Shown: one piece after another, positions 18,250-28,660 of the stretch
How the letters are laid out: every line of letters begins with the position of its first letter
Numbering within the stretch: the stretch's first letter is position 1
Assembly (NCBI GenBank): GCA_963771275.1
Contig: CAVYSW010000011.1
Coordinates: forward strand, 64,001-128,000
From: an uncultured Gemmatimonadales bacterium
Lineage (GTDB): Bacteria; Gemmatimonadota; Gemmatimonadetes; Gemmatimonadales; GWC2-71-9
Reading direction: 5' to 3'
Length of the DNA stretch: 64,000 nucleotides
Notes under the pieces: model-generated
Databases searched by the model: none
Seen by the model: only the letters and a program-made list of their open reading frames with translations
Told to the model about the DNA's origin: nothing
Program-made: the position numbers and the translations under genes

Positions 18250-19104
18250 TCAGCGCACGGTGATCTGCCGCAGCATCCCGTGCATCAGGTGCGGAGCACC
18301 GTCCTTGGCGTCCGCGACGAAGCAGGCCAGGGCGTACTCGCCCGGTGGAAGGTCCAGCGGCACCAGGTTCTCCTCCCCCGTGCTCAGCGCCACGGTTCCG
18401 CCCATCGGTCGTGCCGGCGGGGGGCCCTGCATGCTCGCCACGAACCACGCCTTCAGGTCGTCGGCGGTCTTGCCGGGCGCCAGCTGCCAGATGACGACCT
18501 CATGGGGCTGCTGCGCGCGATCGGTGACCCGCAGCGTATGGCGACCGGCCGTGAGCGGCTGCGACAGCTGGAACCCGTAGTCCACCAGGTCCAGCGAGAC
18601 GTCCGCCTTGACCTCGGACTCCAGGCTCGCTGCCCGCGCAACCGCCGGTCCCGTCACGCGGAGGGCCGCGACCATGCCCTTCGCCATGTGCGGCACCATG
18701 TCGGACCCGGGGATCACGCAGAGCAGCGCGTAGTTCCCGGGCTTGAGGTCCACGATGGCCTCCGAGCTGTCGCCTGGGATCACGGCATTGGGTCCCCCGA
18801 GCAGCACGACTCCCGCCGGCGGCGGGCCTTCCGCTTGCAGGGCTCCCATCATGTCCTGGAGGGTCTTCCCCGCGGGCAGCTGGACGATCTGGATGTGATG
18901 GATGCTCGGCCCGTGGTTCACCAGGCGGATCATCGTGAGCCCTCCCGGAGTCTCCGCCGGCGCCTCGAACGCAAAGTCCTTGGTCACGATCCGCACGACG
19001 CGAGGCTTCGCAGGCTCGCTGCGGGTGGGGCCACCCGCGTGGCCGGATGGCGGCAGGGCGCCAGTAAGCGCCAGTGCCGCCGTGAGCAGCATCGTCGAAC
19101 TCAT
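18250..19104 (-). CDS. Secreted protein with two cupredoxin-like domains
   Basis: Signal peptide; two repeats, each with an upstream His and GxYxLxC-x9/10-H-x4-M. Confidence 0.7.
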   Translation of the reverse strand: MSSTMLLTAALALTGALPPSGHAGGPTRSEPAKPRVVRIVTKDFAFEAPAETPGGLTMIRLVNHGPSIHHIQIVQLPAGKTLQDMMGALQAEGPPPAGVVLLGGPNAVIPGDSSEAIVDLKPGNYALLCVIPGSDMVPHMAKGMVAALRVTGPAVARAASLESEVKADVSLDLVDYGFQLSQPLTAGRHTLRVTDRAQQPHEVVIWQLAPGKTADDLKAWFVASMQGPPPARPMGGTVALSTGEENLVPLDLPPGEYALACFVADAKDGAPHLMHGMLRQITVR

Positions 19105-19344
19105 GGATCCTCCTCCCTGAGGATGGTGACTGGCCTAGGACGGCTGGAGGCCGGGGTGGCCCGTCCGAAAGCCGACAAAGCTTATCTGGGTTCCACGGTA
19201 CCCGCAACGGCGCGGGCTCCTGGGTGGGATCGGGGACCGGCGGAGCGGGTCCCGCGCCATGCCAATATGCGGACCGTGCGGTATGTTCAACCTCGGCCGG
19301 CTTTGCTCCGCCGCCGCCTACTTCAGCCTTTCTCGGAGTGTCCT

Positions 19345-20982
19345 GTGAAACCGAAGGGTCCGATTCCGACTGGCGCGCAGCTTCTCCATCAACCCGCCCT
19401 GAACAAGGGCACGGCCTTCACCGAGGCCGAGCGCGATACGTTGAAGCTGCGGGGCCTGCTGCCCCCGCGGGTGTTTACGATGCACGACCAAGAAGCCCGC
19501 ATCCTCGAGAATTTTCACCTGAAGACCACCCCCCTGGAGAAGTTCGTCTTCATGACTTCCCTCCAGGACCGCAACGAGACGCTGTTCTATCGCACCATCC
19601 TCGACAACACGGCCGAGATGATGCCTATCATCTACACGCCCACGGTGGGTGAGGCGTGCCAGCAGTGGGGCCACATCTTCCGCCGGGCCCGCGGGCTCTA
19701 CATCTCCCGCTACGACAAGGGCCGCGTGCGCGACATCCTCCGCAACTGGCCTCAGCCCGAAGTGGACGTGATCGTCGTGACCGACGGCGAGCGCATCCTG
19801 GGGTTGGGCGACCAGGGCGCCCAGGGCATGGGGATCCCGATCGGCAAGCTGGCGTTGTACACCGCCCTCGCCGGAATCCACCCGCAGCGCTGCCTGCCCG
19901 TCACGCTGGACGTCGGCACCAACAACGCGCAGTTGCTGAGCGACCCGTTCTACCCGGGTATTCTGGAGAGGCGCGTCCGCGGTGCTGAGTACGAGGCGCT
20001 CGTCGATGAGTTCGTGACCGCCGCACGGGAGACGTTCCCCGGCCTGCTCATCCAGTTCGAGGACTTCGCCACGGAGAATGCGATCCACCTGCTCGCGAAG
20101 TACCGCAACACGATCTGCATGTTCAACGACGACATTCAGGGCACGGCCGGCGTCATGCTTGCGGGCCTGATCGCCGCCAACCGGCTCACCAGGCGGCCGC
20201 TCAAGGACGAGCGCATCCTGTTCTACGGCGCGGGGGAGGCGGCGAGCGGAATCGGCAACCTGATCGTGTCGGCGCTGGTCAAGCAGGGCGTCACGCTCGA
20301 CGAGGCCCGGCGCCATATCTGGTTCGTGGACTCGAAGGGACTGGTCGTGAAGTCGCGGACGGATCTCGCCCCGCACAAGCAACCCTACGCGCACGAGTAC
20401 GAGTCCATCAAGCACCTGGAGGCCATTGTCGATTCGCTGAAACCCACGTGCCTCGTTGGCGTTTCCGGGCAGCCGCAGACGTTCACCGAGCACATCCTGA
20501 AGCGGATGGGCGAGTTCAACGAGCGGCCGATGATCTTCAGCCTCTCCAACCCGACGGCCAAGTCCGAGTGCACGGCGGAGCAGGCGTACCGCCATACCGA
20601 TGGCCGCGCGATCTTCGCGAGCGGCAGCCCGTTCCCGCCGGTCCAGTACCAGGGCCGCACGATCCTCCCCGGACAGGGCAACAACGCCTACGTGTTCCCC
20701 GGGCTCGGGCTCGGCGTCATTGCCTCGCGCGCCAAGCACGTGACCGACGAGATGTTCTACGTCGCGGCGGACACGCTGGCCCATCTGGTGACTCAGGAGT
20801 ATCTGGACCAGGGCACGATCTTCCCACCCCTCAACCGGATCCGCGAGGTGTCGGGCGCGATCGCGACCGCGGTGGCCAAGGAGGCGTACGACAGCGGGCT
20901 GGCGACCGCTCCGAAGCCGAAGGACCTCGGCACGTACGTCCGGTCGCTGATGTACCAGCCCGACTACCACTCCTACGTGTAG
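19345..20982 (+). CDS. maeA: NAD(P)-dependent malic enzyme (MaeA/SfcA type)
   Basis: NKGTAFT, MPIIYTPTVG, VTDGERILGLGDQG, IQFEDF, FNDDIQGT, LSNPT, QGNNAYVFPG. GTG start with GGAG RBS. Confidence 0.95.
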   Translation: MKPKGPIPTGAQLLHQPALNKGTAFTEAERDTLKLRGLLPPRVFTMHDQEARILENFHLKTTPLEKFVFMTSLQDRNETLFYRTILDNTAEMMPIIYTPTVGEACQQWGHIFRRARGLYISRYDKGRVRDILRNWPQPEVDVIVVTDGERILGLGDQGAQGMGIPIGKLALYTALAGIHPQRCLPVTLDVGTNNAQLLSDPFYPGILERRVRGAEYEALVDEFVTAARETFPGLLIQFEDFATENAIHLLAKYRNTICMFNDDIQGTAGVMLAGLIAANRLTRRPLKDERILFYGAGEAASGIGNLIVSALVKQGVTLDEARRHIWFVDSKGLVVKSRTDLAPHKQPYAHEYESIKHLEAIVDSLKPTCLVGVSGQPQTFTEHILKRMGEFNERPMIFSLSNPTAKSECTAEQAYRHTDGRAIFASGSPFPPVQYQGRTILPGQGNNAYVFPGLGLGVIASRAKHVTDEMFYVAADTLAHLVTQEYLDQGTIFPPLNRIREVSGAIATAVAKEAYDSGLATAPKPKDLGTYVRSLMYQPDYHSYV

Positions 20983-21006
20983 CGCTCATCGCGTGGCTGA
21001 AACGCA

Positions 21007-21035
21007 AGCGCCCAGGGCCGTCTGCCCTGGGCGCT
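21007..21035. terminator. Perfect 12-bp hairpin between convergent genes
   Basis: agcgcccagggc-cgtct-gccctgggcgct. Confidence 0.6.
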
Positions 21036-21066
21036 GTGCATGGCGGGATGGCGGGGCGCCGCGCCG

Positions 21067-23322
21067 CTAGCGGGCGCCTGTCGCGCCTCCGAGGGCCGCG
21101 GCCGCCCCATCGAGCTCTCCGGCGACCGCCTCGAGCGCGCGCGCCACGATCCCGATCCGCGCCTCCACCTCCGGCCAGCTGCGCTGCTCGATCGCCTCGC
21201 GCACGCCCGGCAGCGTCTTCACCCCGTAGCCCGTGTAGAAGCCGGGCGCGTAGATCTCGTGCCGGAACCACGGACGTCGCGGCAAGCCCTGGTCGGTGAT
21301 CATCGCGCGCTCCGCCCCCACCAGCGCCGCGTTCACCCGGGCCGCCACGGCGGGATCGGCGGGCGCACCGGAATGCGCGAGGCTCGAATCGTAGCGCGCG
21401 GCGCTCCGCTGGAGCGCGGCGAGGGCGTTCTTCAGCGGCGCGAAATTGAGAAACGGCACGGCCGCCTGCGAGTCGGGTGGGACGTAGCGCTCCTTGGGGT
21501 CGGCGGCGAGCTGATAGGCCCGGACGGCGAGCAGTGCATCGCGCCGCGCGGTGGTCGCGCGCAGGTCATCGGTGAGCGTGCCCAGCTCCTCCACGTACCG
21601 CCCGACGTCGGTGGCGAGATTGCCGAATCGGAGCGGCAGCACGTCGGCGTCGGCCAGCCGCAGCGTGAGCCGGCCCGCCGTCTGGGCGAGGGCCACGCCG
21701 TAGGCGAACCCGGGATCACCGAACCGCACGTAGTGATCGTATGAGTCGTAGATCGAGTGGTAGTCGCCGCCGTCGCTCTCGCCGCCGAACCCGAGGTTGA
21801 GCGCGGCGATGCCGAGGTGCTGCAGGAACGGCGTGTAGTCCGACCCCGACCCCAGCGGCGCAATCGGCAGGTCGCCCGGCGCGTCCGCCGCTGCGCCGCC
21901 CGAGACGCGCCGCCGCGCCCGTGCCCGCTCGCCGACCGAGACCCCGGTCTGCGGATCGCGCACGTCCGCCGCGACCTCGTTGACCAGGCGCTCGAGCTCG
22001 CCCGAGCCCCCGACGCCGAGGAACCCCCGGCCGCTGCCGTCGGTGTTGATGTACGCCACCGCCTTGCGGGACAGCTCGTCCGCATGCGCCTCGACCCACT
22101 CGGTGGAGCCGAGCAGGCCCGGCTCCTCGCCGTCCCAGGCAGCGTAGATGATCGTACGCTGCGGGCGCCACCCGGTCTTGGCGAGCTGCGCCACCGCGCG
22201 CGCCTCCTCGAGCAGGGCCACCTGCCCGCTCAACGGGTCGGCCGCGCCGAACACCCAGCCGTCGTGGTGGTTGCCGCGGATCACCCACTCGTCGGGGAAC
22301 CGGCTCCCCGGCAGCCGCGCGATCACGTCGTAGGCGGGGACCAGCTGCCAGGTGAACGCGACCGCGAGCCGGACTCTGGCCGGGCCGGCGCCCAGGTGAT
22401 AGGTGATCGGGAGGGCGCCGCGCCACACTTCCGGCGCCACCGGCCCCGCGAGCGCCTTGAGCAGCGGCAGCGCGTCGCCCCACGCGATCGGCAGCACGGG
22501 GATCTTGGTGAGCGTCTGCGCGTCTTCCCGTCGCAGCCGCTTGGCCTCCGGTGTGGCGCCGACCCCCGGCGTCAACGGGTCGCCCGGGTAGAGGGGCATG
22601 TCGGCCACCGAGCCCCGCTGCGCGCCGAACTCGGGCCGGAACGGCCCCTGCGGGTAGACGTCCCCCTGGGCGTAGCCATCGTCCCCGGGGTCCGAGTAGA
22701 TAATGCAGCCGATCGCGCCGTGCTCGCCGGCCACCTTGGGCTTGATCCCGCGCCACGAGCCGCCGTACCGGGCGATCACGATCTTCCCCGTCACGTCGAT
22801 GCCGTGCCGGGCCAGCTCGTCGTAGTCCGCCGGAACCCCGTAGTTCACGTACACCAGCTCGCCGGTGACGTCGCCGTCCACCGAGTAGGCATTGTACGGG
22901 GGGAGCCGGTCCTGCATCACCCCGGACGTCGCGTCCTCCTTGAGCGCCGGCTCGGCGAGCCTCGCCTGATAGCGCGTCGGGGCAACCAGCTCCACGACCC
23001 GGAGCGTCGGCGTCGGGAACAGCACGTCAAACCGCTCGATCGCCGTCTCATAGCCCCATGACCGGAACAGCGACGCGATGAACTCGGCGTTTTCCTTGCC
23101 GTACGGCGATCCCACGTGGTGCGGCTTCGCACTCATCCGTTTCATCCAGATCGGCAGGCTGTCGGGCGAGACCAGGCTGTCGAGCCGGGCTTCGAGCTCC
23201 CGTTGGCGCGCGGCGTGCTCGGCGGTGAACCCGAGCAGCGGGGCGTTCGTGGGTGACGGGGATGCCGCAAGAAGCAGAATGGGAAGGACGGCGCGAGGCA
23301 GCGCGCGGGCGAGCGGTTTCAT
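21067..23322 (-). CDS. M28 metallopeptidase, glutamate carboxypeptidase II-like (PA domain, transferrin-receptor dimerisation domain)
   Basis: LVYVNYG, GNHHDGW, GAADPLSG, WDGEEPGLLGSTEW, LGSGSDY, YHSIYD, RPWFRH; signal peptide. Confidence 0.92.
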   Translation of the reverse strand: MKPLARALPRAVLPILLLAASPSPTNAPLLGFTAEHAARQRELEARLDSLVSPDSLPIWMKRMSAKPHHVGSPYGKENAEFIASLFRSWGYETAIERFDVLFPTPTLRVVELVAPTRYQARLAEPALKEDATSGVMQDRLPPYNAYSVDGDVTGELVYVNYGVPADYDELARHGIDVTGKIVIARYGGSWRGIKPKVAGEHGAIGCIIYSDPGDDGYAQGDVYPQGPFRPEFGAQRGSVADMPLYPGDPLTPGVGATPEAKRLRREDAQTLTKIPVLPIAWGDALPLLKALAGPVAPEVWRGALPITYHLGAGPARVRLAVAFTWQLVPAYDVIARLPGSRFPDEWVIRGNHHDGWVFGAADPLSGQVALLEEARAVAQLAKTGWRPQRTIIYAAWDGEEPGLLGSTEWVEAHADELSRKAVAYINTDGSGRGFLGVGGSGELERLVNEVAADVRDPQTGVSVGERARARRRVSGGAAADAPGDLPIAPLGSGSDYTPFLQHLGIAALNLGFGGESDGGDYHSIYDSYDHYVRFGDPGFAYGVALAQTAGRLTLRLADADVLPLRFGNLATDVGRYVEELGTLTDDLRATTARRDALLAVRAYQLAADPKERYVPPDSQAAVPFLNFAPLKNALAALQRSAARYDSSLAHSGAPADPAVAARVNAALVGAERAMITDQGLPRRPWFRHEIYAPGFYTGYGVKTLPGVREAIEQRSWPEVEARIGIVARALEAVAGELDGAAAALGGATGAR

Positions 23323-23355
23323 GGACGGCGTGACCTCCGACGGCTGCCGGGTAGA

Positions 23356-23488
23356 CAACGTGCAACGTGCAGCGTATAGCGTGTAGTGTTGGCCGACAGC
23401 CGATGGCCGGCTCCCTTCCTCACTATTCACCTTCCACGTTTCACTTCCTTCGACATTCTACATTGGACATTGGGCATTGGGCATTCCC
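23356..23488. repeat. Four consecutive degenerate heptamer tandem arrays
   Basis: caacgtg-type x5, ggccgac-type x3, tcacttt-type x4, cattggg-type x5. Confidence 0.7.
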
Positions 23489-25326
23489 TACCACGCGATC
23501 CCGTAGTCCTCGCCGTAGTTGCTCGAGCCACCCCAGAACGAGCCGTGCGCCCAGTCGAAGAAGATCGCGTTGATCGGGCCGGACGTCAGCCGCTGCACGT
23601 TCAGGCGGTACCCCATGCGCGTCAGCTGCTGCCGGACACTGTCCGGCACGCTCGCGTTCACCGTGAGCCGGCCCGGCACCGACGTGTGCTCAAAGGAGTC
23701 CCACATCTGGTAGCTCGTGATGTTCGGCGCCTCGACCGCCTGCTGCACATTCATGCCCCACTCGACGACGTCGAGGAAGAACTGCAGCAGATTCTGGTCC
23801 TGGGTATCGCCGCCTTGCACCGCGAACGACAGGTACGGCTTCCCGTCCTTGAGCGCGAGACCCGGGGTGAGGGTCGCCCGCGGGCGCTTCCCCGGCTCGA
23901 TCACGTTGAACGGGTCCTCTGCGGGATCCAGAATGAAGCTCTGGGCGCGCTGGCTCATCCCGACCCCGGTCCGCCCCGCGATCACGGCCGGAATCCAGCC
24001 GCCGCTCGGCGTGACCGACACCACCCAGCCTTGCTCGTCGGTCGCCTCGATCGAGGTGGTCCCGAGGTAGAACGTCTCCCCGGCGTCCCGGGCGCCGGTC
24101 CGCGCGCGCTGCGGCGGCCAGCGATCGAGGTACTGCTTGAACGGATTGGTCTTCCCCATGAACGGGTACGGGTCGCCCGGCTTGACGTCGGGGTCGTTCC
24201 GCTCCCAGTCGATCTGCTGCGCCCGCTGCTTCGCGTACTCCTTGGACAGCAGGCCCTGCAGCGGCTCCTCGGGCGGGAAGGTGGGGTCACCGTAGTAGAA
24301 ATCCCGATCGGCGAACGCGAGGTTCATCGTCTGGTACAGCGCGTGGATGTAGCGCGCGCTGTTGAAGCCCATGCCCTTCAGGTCCAAGTTCTCGAGGATG
24401 TTGAGCGCCTGAAGCATCACCGGGCCCTGGACCCAGGTGTTCAGCTTGTAGACCTCGATCCCCTTGTAGGTGGTCATCACCGGCTGCTCGATGTGCACCT
24501 GCCAGCGGTCGAGATCCTGCAGCGTGATGAGGCCGCCCTCCTCCTGGGCGCCACGCACGAACTCCTGGGCGATGTCGCCGCGATAGAACCGGTCGTAAGC
24601 GGCGTAGATCGCCTCCTTGCGCGACTTGCCCGCCTTGAGGGCCTGCTGCTCGGCCTCCACCAGCTTGCGCAGCGTCGCCGCGAGATCCGCCTGCCGGAAG
24701 ATCTCCCCCGCGTGCGGGGCCTCGCGCGCCTCACCCGGGTGCGTCAGATACACGGCCCGCGAGTACCTCCACTGCCTGATCCACGCCGTGTCCCGCTGAA
24801 TCGCGTCGGCGGTCTGCGCCTCGATCGGGTAGCCGTCGGCCATCTCGATGGCAGGCGCGAGCACCTCGGCGAGGCTCATGGTGCCCCATTCCGCGAGCAT
24901 CGTCATCAGACCGCCCGGCGTCCCCGGGGTCACCGCCGCCAGCGCACCGTAGCGCGGGGGATACTGCATCCCCTTGTTCTTGAAGAACTCGGGCGTGGCG
25001 CCCGTCGGAGCGACACCGAGGGCGTTGAGCGCCACAACCTTCTTCTCGTTGGGATTGTAGATCAGCGCCTGGGTCTCGCCACCCCAACTCAGCACGTCCC
25101 ACATCGTGGTGACGGCGCCCAGCATGGCGCATGCCGCGTCCACCGCGTTGCCGCCCTTGCTGAAGATCATGGCGCCCGCCGCGGCGCCGAGCGGCTTGCC
25201 GGTGATGGCGACCCAGTGGCGGCCGTGCAGCACCGGCTTCGCCGTCCGCTGGGCGTCCAGCTGTTCGGGCATGAGGGATCCGAGCATGACCAGACCGAGC
25301 AGTACGTGAGAGAATCGTCCAGACAT
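23488..25326 (-). CDS. ggt: Gamma-glutamyltransferase family protein (secreted)
   Basis: GGNAVDAA, LNILE, AFADRD.YYGDP, catalytic Thr in GTTSIEATDEQG, PGKRPRATLTP, GGDTQDQ. Confidence 0.9.
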   Translation of the reverse strand: MSGRFSHVLLGLVMLGSLMPEQLDAQRTAKPVLHGRHWVAITGKPLGAAAGAMIFSKGGNAVDAACAMLGAVTTMWDVLSWGGETQALIYNPNEKKVVALNALGVAPTGATPEFFKNKGMQYPPRYGALAAVTPGTPGGLMTMLAEWGTMSLAEVLAPAIEMADGYPIEAQTADAIQRDTAWIRQWRYSRAVYLTHPGEAREAPHAGEIFRQADLAATLRKLVEAEQQALKAGKSRKEAIYAAYDRFYRGDIAQEFVRGAQEEGGLITLQDLDRWQVHIEQPVMTTYKGIEVYKLNTWVQGPVMLQALNILENLDLKGMGFNSARYIHALYQTMNLAFADRDFYYGDPTFPPEEPLQGLLSKEYAKQRAQQIDWERNDPDVKPGDPYPFMGKTNPFKQYLDRWPPQRARTGARDAGETFYLGTTSIEATDEQGWVVSVTPSGGWIPAVIAGRTGVGMSQRAQSFILDPAEDPFNVIEPGKRPRATLTPGLALKDGKPYLSFAVQGGDTQDQNLLQFFLDVVEWGMNVQQAVEAPNITSYQMWDSFEHTSVPGRLTVNASVPDSVRQQLTRMGYRLNVQRLTSGPINAIFFDWAHGSFWGGSSNYGEDYGIAW

Positions 25327-25441
25327 CGTTCGCGCTCCGCGATTGCCGCACCAAGGTACACCGTCGCCAAGGGTCCTCAAAGCGTGCTGCGCGGCTCGGG
25401 GGCGGGCCCCAGCCGCGCAGCACGTCTCACCCTATCCCTGA

Positions 25442-28400
25442 CTACTGCCGCGACTCATCCTCCTCAAACGGGAACCCGCTCTCCCCACCACCCCGGACGC
25501 GCTCGACGCGCAGCGTCTGCCGCATCGTCTCGCCACCGATCGTGAGCGTCACGAGGTAGTCACCAGTTTCGACGAGCGATCCCCCACCCCGGCGGCCCGG
25601 ATTGTACAGCCCGAACGACAGGCCCCCGAAACCGCCCCCGCCACCGCGCGCGCCCGGCGGCCGCAGCGCCCGCAAGATGTCCTGCATCTGAGCTTGGCCA
25701 GGCAGGGCCTCGGCCCCTTGCTCGCCGCCGGCCTGCGCGCCTTCACCTTGGGCCGCCGCGCGGCCAGCCGCGCCCGCCGAGCTCTCCCCGGGCCGCTCGA
25801 CGAAGCCCTGCGCCGCCCCGAACCTTCCGGCACCGCCCCCACCGCCCCCACCACCTCCGCCACCGAATCGGGCGGCCAGGGCCTGCATGTTGCCTGACTT
25901 GATGGACTCCCGCAGGCGATCGAGCATCGCCTGGTTCATCCCCGCCTTGACCAGCGAGTCGAACACCTGATCCACGCGGGCGATGAACTTGAGGCTGTCG
26001 CGCCGCTCAGCCGGGGACAGCGGCTTGGACGGCGCCGGCGCGCCGCGGAAGTCCCAGACCACCTGGTGGAGCCCGGTGCTGCCCGGCCCGTCGATCGTCC
26101 GCACCGTGTCACCCCGCGCGCCGGTCACCACGAGCTGCACGCGCGCGCGCGCCTCTCCCTTGGCCACGCGGTAGGCGATCTCCGCGCCGTACTGCGGGCT
26201 CGGCTCCGAGAACCACTTGTGGCCGTTCGACCCACCGCCCACCGGCACGTCCCCGTACTGGTAGGCCGTCCTGGGGGCGAACAGATACGCGGACTTGGCG
26301 AGCACCGCGTCCGTGAGCTGCTCCAGCGGCGCGATCCCGACGATCCAGATCGACCGGCCGTGCGTCGCCGCGATCAGCTCGTGGTCACGCGGGTGGATCT
26401 CGAGGTCGTGGACCGGAACCGTCGGCAGTCCCTCCATGAACCGCTGCCACGAGGCCCCGCGGTCGGTGGAGACGTAGGCCGCGACGTCGGTGCCGAGGAA
26501 CAGCAGATCCCGGTTGTACGGATCCTCGCGGATCACGTGCACGAAATCCACGCCGTCACTCGGCAGGTTGTTGGCGATCGAGCGGAACGTCTTGCCGAAG
26601 TCGTTGGTCACGTAGGCGTACGGCCGGAAGTCGTTCTCCCGGTGATTGTCGAACGTCACGTAGAAGGTCGCCGAGTCGAAGTGTGACGGCTCGACCCGGG
26701 TGACCCACGTCTTCGCGGGCACGCCGGGGAACCGTCCCGTGAGGCTCTCCCAGCTGCCGCCGTCGTCGCGCGTGAGCCACACGTTGCCGTCGTCGGTCCC
26801 CGCGAACAGCAGCCCGAACCGCAAGGGCGATTCCGCCAACGCCGTGATCGTGCTGTGCGTCTCCGCCCCGGTGGCATCGGGGGTAATGCCCCCCGTCGTC
26901 CTGGTGCTCACCCGGATGCGCATGGTGTCGCGCGTGGTCAGATCCGGCGAGATCGGCAGCAGGTTGTCGCCCCGCTTGGTGGACTTGAGCACGCGGTTGG
27001 CGCCGGCATAGAACACGTTGGGATCGTGCTGCGAGATGAGGAACGGCGTGTTCCAGTTCCAGCGCATGTCCAGCGTCGCCGAGTCGGCCCGCTGGCGTCG
27101 GCGCAGGTCGTCGAGCCGCCGCTGCAGCTCGCGCGACGGCCTCACCGCCGTGTCCGGCCAGTCGACCACGACCGAGTCCTCGTACTCGGTGTAGCGCGGC
27201 CGCCAGTCGGGCTTCTGCAGGCTGGTCCGCGCGCCGGTCGTGAGATCGACCCGCGCCATGCTGCCGCCCTGCGACTCGGCGTAGACGATGTTCGGATCGT
27301 TCGGGTCTTGCGCCGTGTAGAAGCCGTCTCCGCCATTCACGAAGAACCACATCAAGTTGTCGATCCCACCCCGTGCCCGGCGGCTTGGCCCGCACCACGA
27401 GCCGTTGTCCTGCAGGCCGCCGCACACCCGGTACGGGACGTCCATGTTGTAGCTCACGTGGTAGAACTGCCCGATCGCGATCGCGTTGAGGAAGTCGTAG
27501 TTCCCGCCGCGGTCCCACGTCTGCGCCACGCCGCCGTCGTTGCCGACGATGAAGTGCTGCGGATCGTTCGGGTCGATCCACATGGCGTGATGGTCCACGT
27601 GAATCCCGACCGTGGCATTGCGCGCCGTCTTGCCGCCGTCGTCGGAGAAGTTCACCGGGGTGGACGACCAGTACACCCGGTTCGCGTCCCTCGGGTCCAC
27701 CCGCACCTGCGAGTAGTAGAACGGCCGGACGTCGTTGCTGTTCATCTTGGTCCAGGTCGCCCCGCCGTCGGCGGACCGGTACAACCCCGAGAGCCGCTCC
27801 TTGCTGCCCTTGCCGCTGTCCGCCTCGGTCAGTGCATACACGACCTTGGGGTCACTCGGCGCGATCGCGATGCCGATCCGCCCCTTCATGGTCTCGGGGA
27901 ACCCGCCGCCCTTCACCTCGGACCACGTCGTCCCGCCGTCGGTGGTCTTCCACAGGCCACTGCCTGGACCGCCGCTGTTGAGGAAGTACGGGCCGCGCAC
28001 GCGCTCCCAGCTCGAGGCGAACAGCACGTTCGGGTTCGTGGGGTCCATCGCCAGGTCCACGAAGCCGGCCTTGTTGCTGATGAACTTGTTCAGCTGCCAG
28101 GTCTTGCCGCCGTCGGTCGTCTTGTAGAGCCCGCGCTCCGGATTCGGTCCCCACGCGTGCCCCAGCGCCGCCACGTAGACGATGTCGGGGTTCGTCGGAT
28201 GGACGATGATCCGCCCGATCTGCTGGGTCTCCCGCAGCCCCATGAACGTCCAGGTGAGGCCGCCATCGGTGGACTTGTAGATCCCGCCGCCCGGCGAAAT
28301 CGAGTTCCGCGAATCCTCTTCGCCGGTCCCGGCCCACACGATCATCGTGTCGCTCGGCGCGATCGCGATATCACCCATTGAGACGACGCGCTCGCGGTCG

Positions 28401-28660
28401 AACACGGGACGGAACGTCGTGCCCGCGTTGGTGGTCTTCCAGATCCCGCCGGCCACGGTCGCGACGAAGAACGTCTTGGACGGGCTGGGAATACCCTCGA
28501 TATCCGTGATCCGGCCGCCCATGTTCGCCGGGCCGACCGAGCGCCAGCGCAACGCGGACAAGGTGGCGGAATCGAGCGGAGTGGAGACTTGGGCCTGAAG
28601 CGACGAGACGCCAGCGACCAGAACGAGCGCTGGCACGAGCCATGGGGCGCGATGACGCAT
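25442..28660 (-). CDS. Secreted VPS10/sortilin-like BNR-repeat beta-propeller protein (putative glycosyl hydrolase)
   Basis: WRSVGPANMGGRI, many SxDGGxTW Asp-box repeats, GGLQDNGSW, ATHGRSIW. Confidence 0.88.
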   Translation of the reverse strand: MRHRAPWLVPALVLVAGVSSLQAQVSTPLDSATLSALRWRSVGPANMGGRITDIEGIPSPSKTFFVATVAGGIWKTTNAGTTFRPVFDRERVVSMGDIAIAPSDTMIVWAGTGEEDSRNSISPGGGIYKSTDGGLTWTFMGLRETQQIGRIIVHPTNPDIVYVAALGHAWGPNPERGLYKTTDGGKTWQLNKFISNKAGFVDLAMDPTNPNVLFASSWERVRGPYFLNSGGPGSGLWKTTDGGTTWSEVKGGGFPETMKGRIGIAIAPSDPKVVYALTEADSGKGSKERLSGLYRSADGGATWTKMNSNDVRPFYYSQVRVDPRDANRVYWSSTPVNFSDDGGKTARNATVGIHVDHHAMWIDPNDPQHFIVGNDGGVAQTWDRGGNYDFLNAIAIGQFYHVSYNMDVPYRVCGGLQDNGSWCGPSRRARGGIDNLMWFFVNGGDGFYTAQDPNDPNIVYAESQGGSMARVDLTTGARTSLQKPDWRPRYTEYEDSVVVDWPDTAVRPSRELQRRLDDLRRRQRADSATLDMRWNWNTPFLISQHDPNVFYAGANRVLKSTKRGDNLLPISPDLTTRDTMRIRVSTRTTGGITPDATGAETHSTITALAESPLRFGLLFAGTDDGNVWLTRDDGGSWESLTGRFPGVPAKTWVTRVEPSHFDSATFYVTFDNHRENDFRPYAYVTNDFGKTFRSIANNLPSDGVDFVHVIREDPYNRDLLFLGTDVAAYVSTDRGASWQRFMEGLPTVPVHDLEIHPRDHELIAATHGRSIWIVGIAPLEQLTDAVLAKSAYLFAPRTAYQYGDVPVGGGSNGHKWFSEPSPQYGAEIAYRVAKGEARARVQLVVTGARGDTVRTIDGPGSTGLHQVVWDFRGAPAPSKPLSPAERRDSLKFIARVDQVFDSLVKAGMNQAMLDRLRESIKSGNMQALAARFGGGGGGGGGGGAGRFGAAQGFVERPGESSAGAAGRAAAQGEGAQAGGEQGAEALPGQAQMQDILRALRPPGARGGGGGFGGLSFGLYNPGRRGGGSLVETGDYLVTLTIGGETMRQTLRVERVRGGGESGFPFEEDESRQ

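Noticed and set aside
18229..19344. 917-aa malic enzyme with a long N-terminal extension
   Set aside because: The extension is the antisense shadow of the cupredoxin gene; the real start is GTG 19345 with an RBS.
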